DNA from: Psammoneis japonica
Lineage: Eukaryota
Assembly: GCA_008632985.1 (NCBI GenBank)
Contig: QPGO01000093.1
Location: forward strand, 62,001 to 126,000
Direction of reading: 5' to 3'
Length of the DNA: 64,000 nucleotides
Below the pieces are notes generated by a model that had not been told where the DNA came from, did no database searches, and was given only the letters and a program-made list of their open reading frames with translations. Positions 49,886-62,950 of the stretch are shown piece after piece. A program made the translations under genes and the position numbers. Each line of letters begins with the position of its first letter. Within the stretch, counting starts at the first letter, position 1.

Positions 49886-52605
49886 ATGTCGAAAAAGACA
49901 CAGTCTAATCTTGATGCCTTTTTAGGCGTCAAGAGTGATAAGCGCAAAATGAAGCAAACAAAAATCAGTTTTGGCGGCAGCAAAGCAAAAGCAAAGGACG
50001 ACAAAGCAAAGGACGACAAAGCGCATGACGAAGCACCACCCAAGCAGAATGCTCAAGAGGAAAAGGAGAATGTCGTGCTTCAAGACACAGACGACGAACA
50101 AGAACAAGAACGGCCCCTGAAGCGTCAAGCGAGTAGCAAAAAGGAGAAAACGACACAAGCTCTCAAAAAGTTGAAGCGTCAGAAACTCGAGGAGTCAAAA
50201 CAACTCGAGGATACTGACAGCGACGAGCCTGAAGCGGAAGCTCAAGAAGATGCTGTTATGGAGGAATCAGGCACAGAAAAGGACGATCAGCCTGTCGATA
50301 AGGACGATAAGGACAATGATGATAGTGACGAAGAGTTTCAGGTTGATGACGACGCTGAGGAGAATAACGATGAAGAGCAACTTCAGGACTCCGACGACGC
50401 TATGGAGGCAGAAGAAGAGGAGGAGGACACTGACAAGAAACCCAAGGCTGCCAAAAAGCCTGCTGCGCTGAAACTCAAACAGGCGCCAACAGCCAAGAAA
50501 AAGTCGCAACAGCAAGTGGTACCAAAGTCAAGCAACGAGGAGTTGGAAAAGAATGTAAAAGAAGGCCGCATTAGATATGGAACGCTGTGTGACGCTTTCG
50601 AAGCCATTGAAGCCATTACCAGTCGTCTGGAGATTTCGAAAATTGTGACAGATCTCTTTCGCACTACCCTTTTGCAAAGTCAAGAGGACATGTACCACTT
50701 GATTTACTTGGCGTCCAATTCAGTGGCGCCGGCGTATGAATGTATTGAATTGGGAATTGGAGATGCGATTCTAATCAAGGCTATCGGCCAAGCGTATGGA
50801 ACAAATCCAAGTGAGTACAGGAAGTAGTAGTTCTGATGTGCTTTCTTTTAGAAGTTTTTACTCAACTCCTCGCTTGTTTCGTTTTGGATTCTTATTCAGG
50901 CATTGTCAAACAAAAGTACAAAGCCGAGGGTGACTTGGGAACCGTCGCCAAGGTGTCCAAGGGCAAGCAACGCACGCTTGGTTTTGGTGCCAAGCCAAAG
51001 CCTCTCTTGGCGCACGAGGTGCTTGCTACCTTTCGACAAATTGCAAAAACGACCGGGTCGCAGTCGCAACAGTACAAGGTTGACAAAATCAAGGGACTCT
51101 TGGTGCGTGCGCAAGGGTCCGAGGCCAAATATATTATTCGGGGCTTGCAGGGAAAACTACGCATTGGATTGGCTCAGTCCACCGTGTTACTTTCCTTGGC
51201 ACACGCCATGACTTTGACACCACCCAAACAAGCTGTTGAAATTGATGACGAGTATCCCCAAGAAGCAAAGGTATTTGCGGACAAAAAGACGCCCATCGAC
51301 AAGCGATTGGAAGCCGCCACGGCCATTATCAAAAAGGCATACTCGGAGGTTCCGTCGTATGATTCCATCTTGGACGCTGCTCTAGCAGCGCCCTTGTCTG
51401 AAATGCACAAGCTCTGCAGCTTGAAACCGGGCACTCCCGTGGTTCCCATGTTGGCCAAGCCAACGAAATCCATTCAAGAAGTTTTGAAACGACTGTCGGG
51501 TCTTCGTTTTACCTGTGAATTCAAGTACGATGGCGAGCGTGCTCAGGTCCACATGCTGCCAGACGGAACCACCAGGGTGTTTTCTCGCAACCTGTTGGAC
51601 ACGACGGCAAAGTATCCAGAGGTACCGCAATACGTCAAGGAGGCGGCAGAAGCCACAAAGGGGGACAGCAAGGTGGAGAGTTTCGTGTTGGACACGGAAG
51701 TTGTCGCCTTCAACAAGGAGACGGGTCAGTTTGTTCCATTTCAAATCCTGTCTACTCGTAAAAAGAGCGAGGAATCTGCAGAAACCGCCAAGGTGCAAGT
51801 GATTGTCCAAGCCTTTGACTTGATGTACCTCAACGGAGTCTCGCTTCTCGATCGTACGCTTTCGGATCGACGCGACTTGCTCAAAAAGCACTTTACTCCC
51901 GTCGAGTCCAAATTCCAGTTTGCCAGTTCGCTTGACCACACCGAAGATGGCGACACGAACGTGTTGGAGGAATTCCTAGACACGGCAGTCAAGGGACAGT
52001 GCGAGGGGCTCATGGTCAAGACCTTGGATTCCAATGCGGTGTACGAACCGTCGCGCAGGTCACTCAATTGGCTCAAGCTCAAAAAAGACTATCTAGAAGG
52101 ACTGGGTGATTCGGTGGATTTGGTACCGCTTGGTGCCTACCACGGAAGGGGAAAGCGGACCGGTGTTTATGGAGCTTATCTCTTGGCTTGCTATGATGCG
52201 GAGACAGAAGAATATCAAAGTGTATGCAAGATTGGGACAGGCTTTTCGGAAGAAGATCTCAAGACGCTTGGCGAAAGCTTGTCGGGGCATATTGTGCCCG
52301 AAAAGAGTAGCCAGTACAATGTCTCTGACTCGTTGGAATGTGACGTGTGGTTCGATGCAGTCCAAGTTTGGGAAGTCAAGGCAGCTGATCTCTCCAAATC
52401 GTCCACCCATCGCGGTGCAGTCGGCCGAACTGGAGAAAGTGACCGTGGCATTGGTCTCCGGTTTCCTCGCTTCGAACGAGTACGACCAGATAAAAAACCT
52501 GAACAGGCAACGTCGAGTGAGCAGATTCTCGAAATGTACTATCAGCAAGATAGCGTTGTTGCTGAAGACGGTGGAGATAACATGATGGATGACGATGGAA
52601 TTTGA
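49886..52605 (+). CDS. LIG1: ATP-dependent DNA ligase I; intron 50811-50899
   Basis: PIP-like QSNLDAF N-terminus, PMLAKP, EFKYDGERAQ, FDLMYLNG, EGLMVK, WLKLKKDY, LRFPRF.R.R.DK. Confidence 0.96.
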
Positions 52606-53085
52606 GGGAAGCCGGCTGGACATAGCGAATGGGGGTTCTTTCTCTAGACTTATCTCTAATGCTTTTAGGCGCGAAACTCGGATGGAAGCGTCATTGCGCA
52701 TTGAATTGTGAAAATTGTTTTACAGTAAGTAGTCCCTACCGGTACTGTAGGGCCCCTCTCTACTGTACCGGTAGCTCTGTTAGAGTAGAGAGTGGGAACG
52801 GTAGGGCCTAGGACAAAAGAAGTCGGTGAGGAAACGAAAGGAGCGAAGAGGTGGTTGGAATAATAGGTACTCTAGCTCTCCACTCTCTACTAAGAGGCTA
52901 CCTTTTATTTTTTACAATAAAATATGAATACCAGTGCAGTAGGGCGAGTCGTCGTCAAGCGAGTCAGTCGTCGGCCGTTGAACGCACGCACGAAGCGGAG
53001 CATGCGTTCGAAGTTCGAAGTCCCCGCCGCGACGTCATTTATCGGCATTTTTCTCGTTACATTTTCATCGTCGCGTTCGTTCACC

Positions 53086-53937
53086 ATGGAGGTCAAGGTA
53101 CGGTGCGAATTGAAAACAAACAAAGTTCTGTCTGTCTCGGGCTTATTTAGCTATGATACATGACATCTCACATGGGTTTCTTTTTCAGCCTTCACCGCCG
53201 TCGCCTAATGTGTACCAGGCCTTGTTGATAATTCTGATGGTCTACTCGGTGAGTGCGGGCTATCTTGCTGCTATTCAGGGAGGGGGGTGGAGACGTTTCT
53301 CATGGCACCCACTTTTTATGACGGTCGGTCTTGTGGGGCTTATGGGTGGTGCAATTCTGACAAAGAAAAGAGGAGGGTACTTCAACACCAAGGTGCGTAC
53401 TCGACAGCCGAACGAGCTTTCTGAACATACCTCATGTCGTTTGAGTTTCAACTAAACATACTCATTATTGTGATCTCTTTCGCCCCCGTCAATTAGATGC
53501 ATGGAATTTTCTCGTGGGTTGGTCTTTTGACTGCGTTTGGTAAGTGCAAGTATTTATTGAGAAGCAAGATTTTGCATGGTACAGGTTCTCATAGCGAACT
53601 CGTTTGTTGATCTCTAGTCGGTCTTTACGTTGTGTACTCGGGCAAGAACTCGAAGGGTTATCAACATTTCCAGTCGACGCATGCCAAAGTCGGACTTGGT
53701 GTCATGGTTGCTTGTGTTGGGGCCGGAATGGCGGGTGGCATCTTCCTTCATCCTGACTTCGGTGTCGATAAGACCAACAAACAAATAAGATCAATTCACA
53801 AGCTCATGTCTCGGGCTGTCCTGGTGGCGGGGTGGATGACAGCAGTTCTCGGATTAACACAGAATACCAGTGATCTGCTTACTATCGCGATCTATGGAGT
53901 GCCATTGGTTGGGCTTGTGCCGTTTGTTCTTGTGTGA
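53086..53937 (+). CDS. Cytochrome b561-family protein, 4 exons (53086-53097, 53189-53392, 53497-53539, 53618-53937)
   Basis: FSWHPLFM, K|MHG, HFQSTHAKVGL and IHKLMSR heme-ligand His motifs; GT-AG introns in consistent phase. Confidence 0.85.
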
Positions 53938-54080
53938 GCGAGAAAATTGTTGCAACCTCAATAGTATGAGAGATCATGTTTCGTCCACTATTAATATTTT
54001 CAGTTTGTGTATTATGCAATAGAATGAGCTGTGAGCCATCTGCACGACAACTGCCCTATGTCAACTCAAACAATATCTCC

Positions 54081-57000
54081 CTAGAAGGAGAATGTGGAGC
54101 CAGCGGACCCGAGGCGGAGTTCTTGTTCGATGCCTGCTTCAGTAGCCACCTGGTGTTTTGATTTGGCCTCGCGATCACTCGGAGTCTCCACCACACGATC
54201 TATCTCGAGATCTTTCAAAAATAAACTGAGATCTGGATTCGTCTGCGGTTGCGTGCCTCCTGTCTTGCGTTTGGATTTGGACCTGCGGCGACCCAGACTC
54301 TTCTTCTTGCTTTTCTGCTTCGACGCGGCAGTACTTTCTTCTTTCCACGGCTTTATCCACCCATGCGATGGTGACGCCACTTCCTGCTCTCGAGTCGCTA
54401 CTGCAGTACGGTGTTGTCCGTTGTGGAGAAGAATACTGTTGTCTTCTCCGTAATCATTGAAGTAGTGCTCTGTGCGAGAGAAACCATCCCATGCCGAGTT
54501 CGACGCTTCTCTGTCAAAACCATTATTTCCTTTCGACTGCTTCTTCCTGGCGAGATTACTTCGTGATGCAATCTGCTGCTCGTGAGTGGTAGCGGTTAAG
54601 TCTCCTACGGTTGAGTCGTCACGGGGAATTATCAATGGTGGCACTTCCTTTTGGTAGAAGTAGTCGTCGTCCGTAACGTGTCCCACCGTGAGGGGGGTAA
54701 CCCTGCATGTCACAAAGTCCGCAAAGGATTGTGCAAAGTTAGTATTGCCTGCGTCGGGAAATTCGTCAGACAATGCGGTCACGCCGTGAGCCGGCGGGCT
54801 ATAGATGTCATTGACATCAGCGACTCCCTGAGGCGAGCTTGACGATTTTGTCTTCGTGATACCAGTGGAAAAATCATACTTTGAACGAGGTGGGGACTCG
54901 ATGCCCTTGTCGAGCTTGTAAATGGTTGGTTCGCTCACAGAGTCCGCACGATCCACACCAATTTCAACAAGAGTCTGTCCCTTCTTCGGAGATCCCTCTT
55001 GCCACAAAGGGACACCGTCCGTTGAAGAGTCCTGTTCGGATTCGTCGTCTTTCTGTGCTTGACGCTTGCGAAACTTCGGCGACCGGCTTGCTCGCTTGGA
55101 TTTCGTGGAACTTTTGACTTCATCCTTCCTCTGCGACTCACGCGGAGTAGTGACGGTTGGGTTAGGAACTTTCAAGAGCTCACTTGCTTCGTATTGTCCG
55201 AGGAGATCCTCAATTTCCAGGGATACTTCAGTAGCATCTTTCATTACTGAATCAACACTAGCAAGGTCATAGCCCGCGGTGACATCCCCAAGAGTTGATT
55301 CATCAAAGGCAGTTCCTCCGTCTTCAGCATAACGGATAGAGTTCGAGATGAAGGCTTCCAGATTCTGCTCATCGATTCTCCGGCGGCGAGAACGTGGTTC
55401 TCTGCTACGGAAAGAAGTTGTTGTAATGGTATCACTGTCCCTCGGTGGAATGATGTCTCGCGGCATTGGTATGCGTACCTTCCGACCGAACACTTTTGCG
55501 GACACCATTGTAAGTTCGTCCTGCCACCGGCTGCCTTGCGTTGTGTATGTTTCGCCGTCATCAAATTCGTCCCGAGGAGGCACAACGGCGCTGCAAACCG
55601 GAACCTTAAAATTGCGCCCAAAAGCTTCCACAGCGACGCGTGTGTTCCCTTTGTCGTCAACTTCAAAGTCGTCAGCCATAGGAGCACGGCAACTCGGCAG
55701 GCGAATCCTCTGACCAAATAATTTGAGGTAAAGCTCTCCATCCTCCTCTTCCATGTAGTCTCCAAGTCTGTCCTTGTCGTCAGGTGGAGGTTTGACATTT
55801 TCTTGGACTTCGCCACGAGTATCTCCCTCTGTCGGAGTATCTCCCTCTTTCGGGGTAAAAGAAAGAGTGTAGTCATCAGTTCTCATTGTAGCGTCATCGA
55901 ACGTGAGGTAAGTGTCATCTTCCGCCCACGTATCATCATCGTAAGCGAGCAGCGACTCGTTGAGTGAATCCACTTCTTGCGCATCTTGGCTCGGCGTCGT
56001 CTCATCCGTGTCTGACGGCTCCTTTTTCAGCACGCGCTCTTCGTTGGCAACATCATCCACAGCGACGCGACCAAGCTCATTGCTCATGGCCTGGATTTCG
56101 TATTCTAGATGTCCACCGTAAGCCGAGTATCGAGTACGAGGAGTTCTTCCTTCGTCTGAGGGAGCCGAAGTAAATGAATCGTTGGCCGACCCTGTTGACG
56201 GAACAGAGCGGCTATTTTTAAGTGCATCTGCATTACGCTGACGTCGAAGGACGCCAAAAACGCCTTCCTTTGATTTGTCATAAACCTCCAACTTCACACG
56301 AAGAACTGCGTCACCAGCTGCATCCACGGAATACGCCGATAGAAAAGCTTCTCGATCCAGAGTCGATGTTTTGCTTTTAAAGAGACGGTTCTTGAGAGAG
56401 GAAGGCTTCCTCTTTTTTGATAGGTCCGCCAAGTCGTCATGAGTAGTCTTTCTCTGAATCGAAATCAAGGGATACTTCGAAGGTGCATTTTCGCTTCCGG
56501 ATACCGGCTTAGAATGGTCTAAATTCCTAATGGGCAAGTCCATCGTTATGCAGTTTCCATCGGCACTCTCGTCTCCAGTAACTGTTAAGTTGGCTACACC
56601 CAATGGAATCGCAATTTTTGAGTCCGAATCCGAATCCTCCGTTAGAGCAACCGTCACGTCGAAGCTTTTCGGCGAAAAGGACGAGAACGACGAAATACTT
56701 CTGCCGGAACTGCTATGATTATCGGATCGGTGCAATTCATCCTCAAACACAACTTCGGCACCAACAGCCTTTTCGCCGGTCGCCCACATAGCGAGGTGAC
56801 GACAGGAATCAAGATTCTCATTTTTGGCACTCTTTTTGGGAGATGGAGAGAGGGCTTTTGACAGATGCGTCGTTCCACGCATTTCTCCTCGATGCGAAAA
56901 AGCCACGATTGCTCGCATTTTCGAGGGCGGTGGCGGCCAAGACTTGGACGTTGAACCAACTCCTTTTGTAGAGGGATCCCGACAGTTAGATTGGTTCACC

Positions 57001-57163
57001 ATCACACCCGCCAAACCCAAAACCGTCACATGAATCATGTGAGGGACATCGTCGCTTGTCGAAATTGATCCACTTTCAGAACAACGGTAGCTGCTCGGAG
57101 CCTTTGGTACGGCTGATTTGGTGTGATGTTTGGGTGGCACTGATGGCAGCGTCATGGTCGCCA
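54081..57163 (-). CDS. Large hypothetical protein (~1030 aa), possible N-terminal C2-like domain then disordered
   Basis: Uninterrupted 3.1-kb ORF; beta-rich N-terminal part (IHVTVLGL..FDVTVAL..PLGVANLTV..LRVKLEV). Confidence 0.8.
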
Positions 57164-57836
57164 TGAGGCACTCTTTTCTCCCTAATGTCCTCACACTTGT
57201 TTTGTCTCGTCAATACCTCTCCCTTGTGTCTTCACCGGAATCACAATTCGCAAACAAGACCCAAGTTGTGAGCAAAACATGTGCAACGCATGGCAGTTAT
57301 CGGTTGAAAAAATTGTATGGGAGTTGATGTGAGGAGCGATATTGTTTAGAAGAGAAAATTTTCATACTATCAACAGATTTGGAGTTTCCTATGTCATACT
57401 CCTGTTTAGGAACAGAAAATTATGTGTCTAAAACACAATTTAGATGATAGCGCTTTAATTGTTTCTAAAATATTCATTCATTCTAGTTATTATTTTACAT
57501 ATACTACATAAATTTGGATACAGGGCATTTTCTATTGAATATATATATTTTCATGGCTGTACGGAACATGTTGTCACGGCCTTTCTACAAAAAACGTACA
57601 AGCAGACAGACAGTGCCAATGAGTGAGGCCCAGATAATATAAATATATTCACGGATAATTTAATGATCAGTCGCCCCCTCCCGCAAAGTTCCGGAAGCGC
57701 TCAAAACTTCCCGCCAGCTCCCACCTGGTGTGGTCCTTCGTTCGTCACAACTTCTGCAAACAACCAAGGAGGCGTAAGACCACCCAACCATTTTCCCCTC
57801 ACAAAATTAAAATTGCCAATCGTTTACGTCGCCGTC

Positions 57837-58306
57837 ATGTCTGAAGAAAAAACCACCGTCGAGAAGGTGACCGGGCCGGTCAAGAACGCCGCTGGTGCCG
57901 TTGGAAATGTCATCCACAAGGCAGCCGATGCCACAATTGTAAGTGCGAGAAAAGGATTGGGATAAATCGATTCGCTTTCGACAACTTCTCTTTTTCTCAC
58001 CATGATTTGTTCTGTTCTCGCTTCTTCTTCTTCTTCACCACTTGCAGTTCGACAAGTCTCCTCACGGAACCAACATTGACGGATCTCCCGCGCTTGATGG
58101 TGCTTTGGCCAAGGATGCGATTGACCACACTGTTGTGAGTACCTTGCGAGTTTCGTCCGCGGCGTCGATTTTCAATGCCGGGTGTTTTTCAGTCCCGTTC
58201 TAATTTTGTACGTGTTTTGATCTGCTTCTCTTGTACACAGCTTGATATGTCCCCCCACGGTACCAATGTCGATGGCGGCTTGAACACCAAGCTTACCAAG
58301 CACTAA
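57837..58306 (+). CDS. 84-aa microprotein, 3 exons (57837-57938, 58048-58134, 58241-58306)
   Basis: Phase-0 GTAAGT/GTGAGT..CAG introns; product contains D.SPHGTN.DG twice. Confidence 0.85.
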
Positions 58307-58589
58307 TATGTACGGGAAACGCCAAGTAGTTTTGTGGGTCGTTGGCGTGTATACTCGACTGAGTGTCGTCCTCTCTATGTGATACGTATCAAGCGAGTGC
58401 CATGTCGAGCGCTTTCCTTTTTTGGTTTGAGTCAGGGTGGTTCTTTGAAAGTTTGAAGATAGGTCGTTGTAATTATTTTTTGGGATTCTATTCTTCTGAT
58501 GACTTGCGAAGCTTTTCTACTAGAGCAATAGTCGCTGCACCCCATTTGTCATTGCGTTCAGTTTACGTTACGTGGGTGAAGCTTCCTTT

Positions 58590-59806
58590 TCATGGTGGTG
58601 GATCTTCTTTTGTTGCCTCCCATTGCCGCAGTATTTCATACAGCACGACCGGCGCACACGCAGCAATGTTGAGGCTATTCTTCGCTCCAAACATGGGTAT
58701 CTCCACAACCTGATCCAATAGGGGAATGATCTCTGTATCAACTCCTGATACTTCATTGCCCAAGACCAGCGCAATCCCTGTTTCTGTAGTAGAAGACGAC
58801 GTGTTTGCTCTGGGATACTCCACATTCGTATAAAGAATGCTTTGCTCTGTGGTTTCCATTCCAATCAATTCCCAACCACGCCCCTTCAAATATTGAATTG
58901 CTTGTCTTGTTGTATCAAAATGTAAATGCGGTACCACTAGATCAGCGCCCAAGGCACACTTTCGTAGCTTGTCGGCACCACTTCCATTGGGATGAGGTGT
59001 GATTCCTGTTGTAACCACCTGCATGCAACCGCAAGCATCGGCGGTGCGAAAGAGTGATCCAACGTTAAAGGCACTTCTGACATTGTCCAAGACGAGAATG
59101 AGCGGGAAGGTTTGTCTCGATGTAGCTACACAAATGGATGAAATGTGAAACGGTTGTGGCTAGGTTGTAAGCAATGGAACATATCTGGCCAACAACCTCA
59201 AATCCACAGCAGTCATCCGTCGACTAAACTACACCACGCACCTGTATCCGTGTGACGCACCCATTCTGCTTCGCGACTCTTGTGGCGTTTAATAAGAAAG
59301 TCGACTTGTCTCGCACATCTACTTGCAGCTGCTTTGGCAGAAACATTGTTGGTTTCCTGATTTGTCTTTCTCGGATAGACAAAAGATCTGTAGCATTTGA
59401 TGGCAGACTTGCCATACCGAACATCATAGCCATTTGTGGGAGATTCAATAGACTGCAGGGCAGCATTATGTAGTTCCTCGTAGTTTATTCCTAGTGCTTC
59501 CAACTCGTTCTTCAAAAGCTCTTGTGGAGAAGAATGCAATCTTATGTCGTTCTCGGTTCCCGCTGTCATGCAACGTCTGCCAGATGAATGACGTCGAGAG
59601 AAATGTCGGCAAATCTCTCCTGTGTTTGACGAAACCACACTAGCATCTAGAATCTTCTGCCCCGCCCTTGTGCCAATTATCAACAATCTTCTTCTCGTAG
59701 CCGTAGATGCTATCCACGCAGCTCTTGTCGAGCAACACTGATGCAATGCTGTCCCCCATAGCATGATCCACCAAAAAGATCTTGTCAAAATCAGAGTCGC
59801 CCTCAT
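58590..59806 (-). CDS. SpoU/TrmH-family RNA 2'-O-methyltransferase; intron 59126-59241
   Basis: LILVLDNVRSAFNVGSLFRTADA, LVLGNEVSGV, IPMFGAKNSLNIA; N-terminal targeting leader. Confidence 0.9.
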
Positions 59807-60035
59807 ACATGAAAAGAAAAAAAATCTGTGTCTCTCTAGAGTGAATCCTCTATGTAGAGCTTATCAAGCGCTGGTTTTGCCTTAGCTACAGCAGTAGTCC
59901 ATCTCTTTTTCGATGGCCTTGCTCGGCTTTGTTACCTGAGCCGCTCTTCATCAATGTCGTCGATCTACTGCTGTGTCGAAACTCGAAACATGGAAACTGA
60001 GAAATGAGGCAGGCGGCGCAGGCGCAGGCGCATCA

Positions 60036-60848
60036 GGCTCGGTCTACAGGTGAACCGAGCCGGATCGGATCGCCGGATCGACTCCTTCATAACCCATTAA
60101 AATGTTAGTCCATCGAGTCAAAAAGTCGATCCGTGGCCTTCGTGGGACTGATCCGCCATCTCGGATCGGACGGTCTTCGGAGCAAAATATCCGGATCGGA
60201 TGTCGGATCGAATTTGGAAGATTCCGTGCCGTCATCACGACAATGGCGCAACATCACACGATTGTGACACAGGGCGGCATAAGATTCAGCCATAAGGGCA
60301 CATAACTTCCTTAGCATTACAGCCTAAGTCTTCCCATGCTTGAAATGGAGATGTAAAAGGTCGTATGGCAACAGAATAGCTTGTCAAACCGATAACACCG
60401 TAAAGATTTGTTGGAGAAACATTGAATAAGCAAAATAACAAGTATTTATTATGTAATTCGAAATTTCAATACGAAAACATAGCGTCAGTTTCTTAATTAC
60501 AAAAGTGATAGCTTTTTCTTCCTTAGCGTTGCTGCAAACACTGAGTGACAACGATGTTCAATGATATGGTCAAGTAAGAATGTAAAGCAGTAATAACAGC
60601 GTAGTTCTGTCGTCATATCGTCTCGTTATGACAAGATGTGAAGCATCATGGCCTCACTTCTTGTTGTTCGCTGTTGTCAGTTTGTTGTTCTTGGGAGTTT
60701 GGAATCTTAAAACTTATGTCGTTTTGCGACTCATCGAAATGTCGAATCCGATCCGCGATCCGATCCGGTTCAACCTGGCGACTAACAGAATTCTGACGCG
60801 ATCCGATCCGTCGATCCGATCCGGCGCGGTTCACCTGTAGACCGAGCC
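60036..60848. mobile_element. 813-bp MITE, PIF/Harbinger (Tourist)-like
   Basis: TIR ggctcggtctacaggtgaaccg.gccggatcggatcg mirrored at the right end; 3-bp TSD TCA (60033-35, 60849-51); subterminal ccgat/atcgg repeats; AT-rich non-coding core. Confidence 0.9.
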
Positions 60849-61029
60849 TCAGTCCGGGTGACCTGTGCACCTCCGGGCAGCTCTGCAGGCTCTGGGCGCG
60901 TCCAAAAACTCAAGTTTTCACTGATGATTCTCCAAAAGAAATTAGTCTATCTTGCGAGTGAGAGATAAAAGGCATACATGTCTCTACTGTATGTTTAAAG
61001 TTAGAAACTAGAATGAGTACCGAAAGATT

Positions 61030-61902
61030 CTACTTTTTCGTCTGCTTCTTGAAGAAGTTTCCAGCGTCAACGGTTTCTAGCGGAGCCTCCAATCTTTCAT
61101 AAACAGCATAGTGCTTTGTAGAACCAGCACGGTCCACCTTTTTACTTTCTTCCGTTTCAGTCATCATGGCGTGGACACACTGGTCGTCATCCAACTCGGT
61201 GATGCGCGTAAACATGGAATGGTTGTCCAGCTTGTCAACATGCCAATCGTGCAATTCCTTCACGTCCGTGATACAGTATAGCCTTCCTTGAGGTTTCAAC
61301 AAATAGGCGTATTCAGTCAAGAGTCGATCCGATATAATCCGTCGTGGATGGTTCTTTCTCTTGAAATGCGGATCGGGAAAACAGAAAAACATCTTGTCGA
61401 GACTTTTCGGTGCAAAGAAATTTGGCAAGTACTTCATCGAGTTCGTTCGTAACACAGAACAGTTTTCGTATTCTCCATTCGAACTCTCTTTTCGAGAAGC
61501 GGCAATACGTAACCGCACATACTCTGTCACCTTGGATCGTATTTCCATTCCCAAAATCACGTGATGAGGCAACAATTTTGCCAGTGCGACTGTCAATCCT
61601 CCAAAGCCACAACCAATATCAAGAACATTCGGCACCACTACTGCGTCTTTCTTTTTGAGATTGGGATAATGATCCATTGTCCAATCCATATCGTCCGGTG
61701 TTAGGGGATAATCAAATGCGTCGTTGTGCGCCAGGGGATTGCAGTGAGCGCGTGAACGATAAAATCTCTTTTGGGGCATGGCGCCTTCGGTCGTGATGGG
61801 TGTGTCGTCATCGTCGTGCTTTTCTTCCAGTGGACGCTTCTGAGGCAATTTCTTGTCGTCGTCTTTGGCAGAGGCCGTGGTTGTTTCCTCTTTGCTTGCC
61901 AT
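61030..61902 (-). CDS. TRM8: tRNA (guanine-N7)-methyltransferase catalytic subunit
   Basis: MPQKRFYRSRAHCNP, DIGCGFGGL, GMEIR.KV, FPDPHFK, ITDVKELH.W, TEE..KV.R. Confidence 0.95.
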   Translation of the reverse strand: MASKEETTTASAKDDDKKLPQKRPLEEKHDDDDTPITTEGAMPQKRFYRSRAHCNPLAHNDAFDYPLTPDDMDWTMDHYPNLKKKDAVVVPNVLDIGCGFGGLTVALAKLLPHHVILGMEIRSKVTEYVRLRIAASRKESSNGEYENCSVLRTNSMKYLPNFFAPKSLDKMFFCFPDPHFKRKNHPRRIISDRLLTEYAYLLKPQGRLYCITDVKELHDWHVDKLDNHSMFTRITELDDDQCVHAMMTETEESKKVDRAGSTKHYAVYERLEAPLETVDAGNFFKKQTKK

Positions 61903-62129
61903 TGTCGCTGTTTCGTTTCGACTTTTTGCTTGGTGGTGAGTGGTATGGTGAGCAGCGAGGTGAGGATGAAAACCGCCGGCTCCGGACTACCGGTAGACCT
62001 ACGGTACACGCCGAGCGGGAGTTCACGTGCAACGTCACTTATTGGCGCGGGGGGAGGGGCAGACGCGGAGCAAGGGTGGAACGTGGAACTGTTCTGAGTC
62101 ACACAGGCAGGAAAAAGGATGGATTTCGA

Positions 62130-62950
62130 ATTGGGGTTGGAGAGTTGGGATTGTAGCTTGGCAGAGTAGCGGGTCAGTTGGTCAGCAAGCGATTTAGTAA
62201 TTGCAAGGCTCAGGCTTTGAAGGCCCCACTGTGATGGAGTTGAAGCGTGGTGGGTCAGGCCAAAGTGCTCGGCTGTGTTGTGTTTTGCCAAGCGGCAGCA
62301 GCAGTGGGGAGAATGGCTGACGGTGACAATTGGGCACAGGCGCATGCGGCATGGGCAGCTGGGTGTTGGAAAGAGGATTCAGTGGTCCAGGGAGGGGCGG
62401 GTGGGGCAGGGATGGGGTGTGTTTTGCCACATTGCGGAGCAGAGCTTGACGAATCCAGTCATCCATCAGAGACCCGCAGAAAAGGCCATGAGTCACAGGT
62501 CATCGAACCCCACCATCTCATGGTGTGCACACGTGCGCAAACATTGGTCAACCCCTGCTCCAGATTGAAACTGACATCTCTCATTGGGGGTGCAACATTT
62601 TCACTCATTTTCACCATCCTGATCGGCGTGTTTCGCACTTGTTGCTCCCAGATGTGTTTTGTTCAATGTGCACTCATTGACTTGCATGCCAACATGCCAA
62701 GCAACATGGCAGCATTGCTCCTTTGTCTCTGAACAATTGCACTTCATTCCAACTGAAACATGTTCATTTTCACATTGTGCGTGCATTTGCACCGAAAGTG
62801 CAGCATTTCCGTCTTCATGACAAATGTCAATCATTCAGCAAAAATTTCACCTTTTTCTGTTTCCCTTTTGTGTAAAAAAAAACATCCCCACCGTCAACTC
62901 ACAATGTTCCTTTTGCAGCATTCATCCGGCCAATCGTGTGTGGGGCATTT
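62130..62950. mobile_element. Hypermutated block 4; left part is an element relic homologous (inverted) to 47440-47520
   Basis: ITKSLADQLTRYSAKLQSQLS (-) versus VTKSLADQLSSHSSKLQAQLS (+); TA not seen between ~62200 and 62872. Confidence 0.7.

Noticed and set aside
49886..61902. LIG1, SpoU and TRM8 as the machinery of the hypermutation
   Set aside because: Ordinary housekeeping orthologs with no deaminase or unusual fused domain; proximity is not evidence in a eukaryote.
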